DNA of 64,000 nucleotides from Fibrobacter succinogenes (GTDB lineage Bacteria; Fibrobacterota; Fibrobacteria; Fibrobacterales; Fibrobacteraceae): NCBI RefSeq assembly GCF_902771595.1, contig NZ_CACXXH010000001.1; one strand, 5' to 3'. Shown piece by piece: positions 63,930 to 64,000 of this stretch (position 1 is its first letter; each line of letters starts with the position of its first letter). The notes under the pieces were generated by a model. It saw only the letters and a program-made list of their open reading frames with translations, ran no database searches and was not told where the DNA came from. The position numbers and the translations under genes were made by a program.

Positions 63930-64000
63930 ACCGCTCCGAAAAGCGGCAAAAGCCTTGAAATCCGCCCCAGAATTGCTATTTTTGGGGCCTAATCTTGCAA

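Noticed and set aside
1-64000. rRNA, tRNA, tmRNA, transposases, integrases, and phage or toxin-antitoxin/restriction-type defence genes
   Set aside because: I scanned the intergenic regions and ORF translations by eye and recognised none. A small structured RNA could be missed without covariance-model searches (tRNAscan-SE, Infernal).

Overview
This looks like a chromosomal window from a Fibrobacter-type genome (Fibrobacterota). The assignment rests on four lipoprotein genes carrying nine copies of the Fibrobacter succinogenes major paralogous (FISUMP, TIGR02145-like) domain, and on three copies of a ~900-aa FGE-sulfatase/beta-propeller/SGNH lipoprotein family that I recall as TIGR02171. I call about 48 protein genes, mostly on the minus strand, and several are translationally coupled through ATGA or TGATG overlaps. 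I recognised no rRNA, tRNA, CRISPR array, transposase, prophage or defence system by eye. Housekeeping genes include rdgB, dus, hisC, a pseudouridine synthase, ftsE, surA-like chaperones, hrpA, hppA, trmO, nadE, dnaA and a U32 peptidase. Envelope and glycan genes include a GH9, a CE6 esterase, an AlgX/AlgJ-like SGNH protein, a Wzi-like barrel, a Cthe_2159-like protein and a double beta-helix protein. dnaA has a GTG start that lies inside a perfect DnaA box, next to a 387-bp AT-rich spacer that is a candidate oriC. Four observations deserve a second look. (1) A chimeric pseudogene fuses a HAD 5' fragment to an hppA 3' fragment between two FISUMP genes, and its divergence from the intact genes is almost purely synonymous. 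(2) Heptad-periodic (7-nt) AT-rich tandem arrays recur in intercistronic spacers and once inside a CDS. (3) The TIGR02171-like family appears as a tandem pair and also coupled to a GT-C-like membrane protein. (4) A barnase-family lipoprotein has no barstar gene nearby. The ORF track translates GTG and TTG starts as M and often over-extends N-termini, so I re-picked several starts by hand. All family assignments come from motif recognition, not from database searches.
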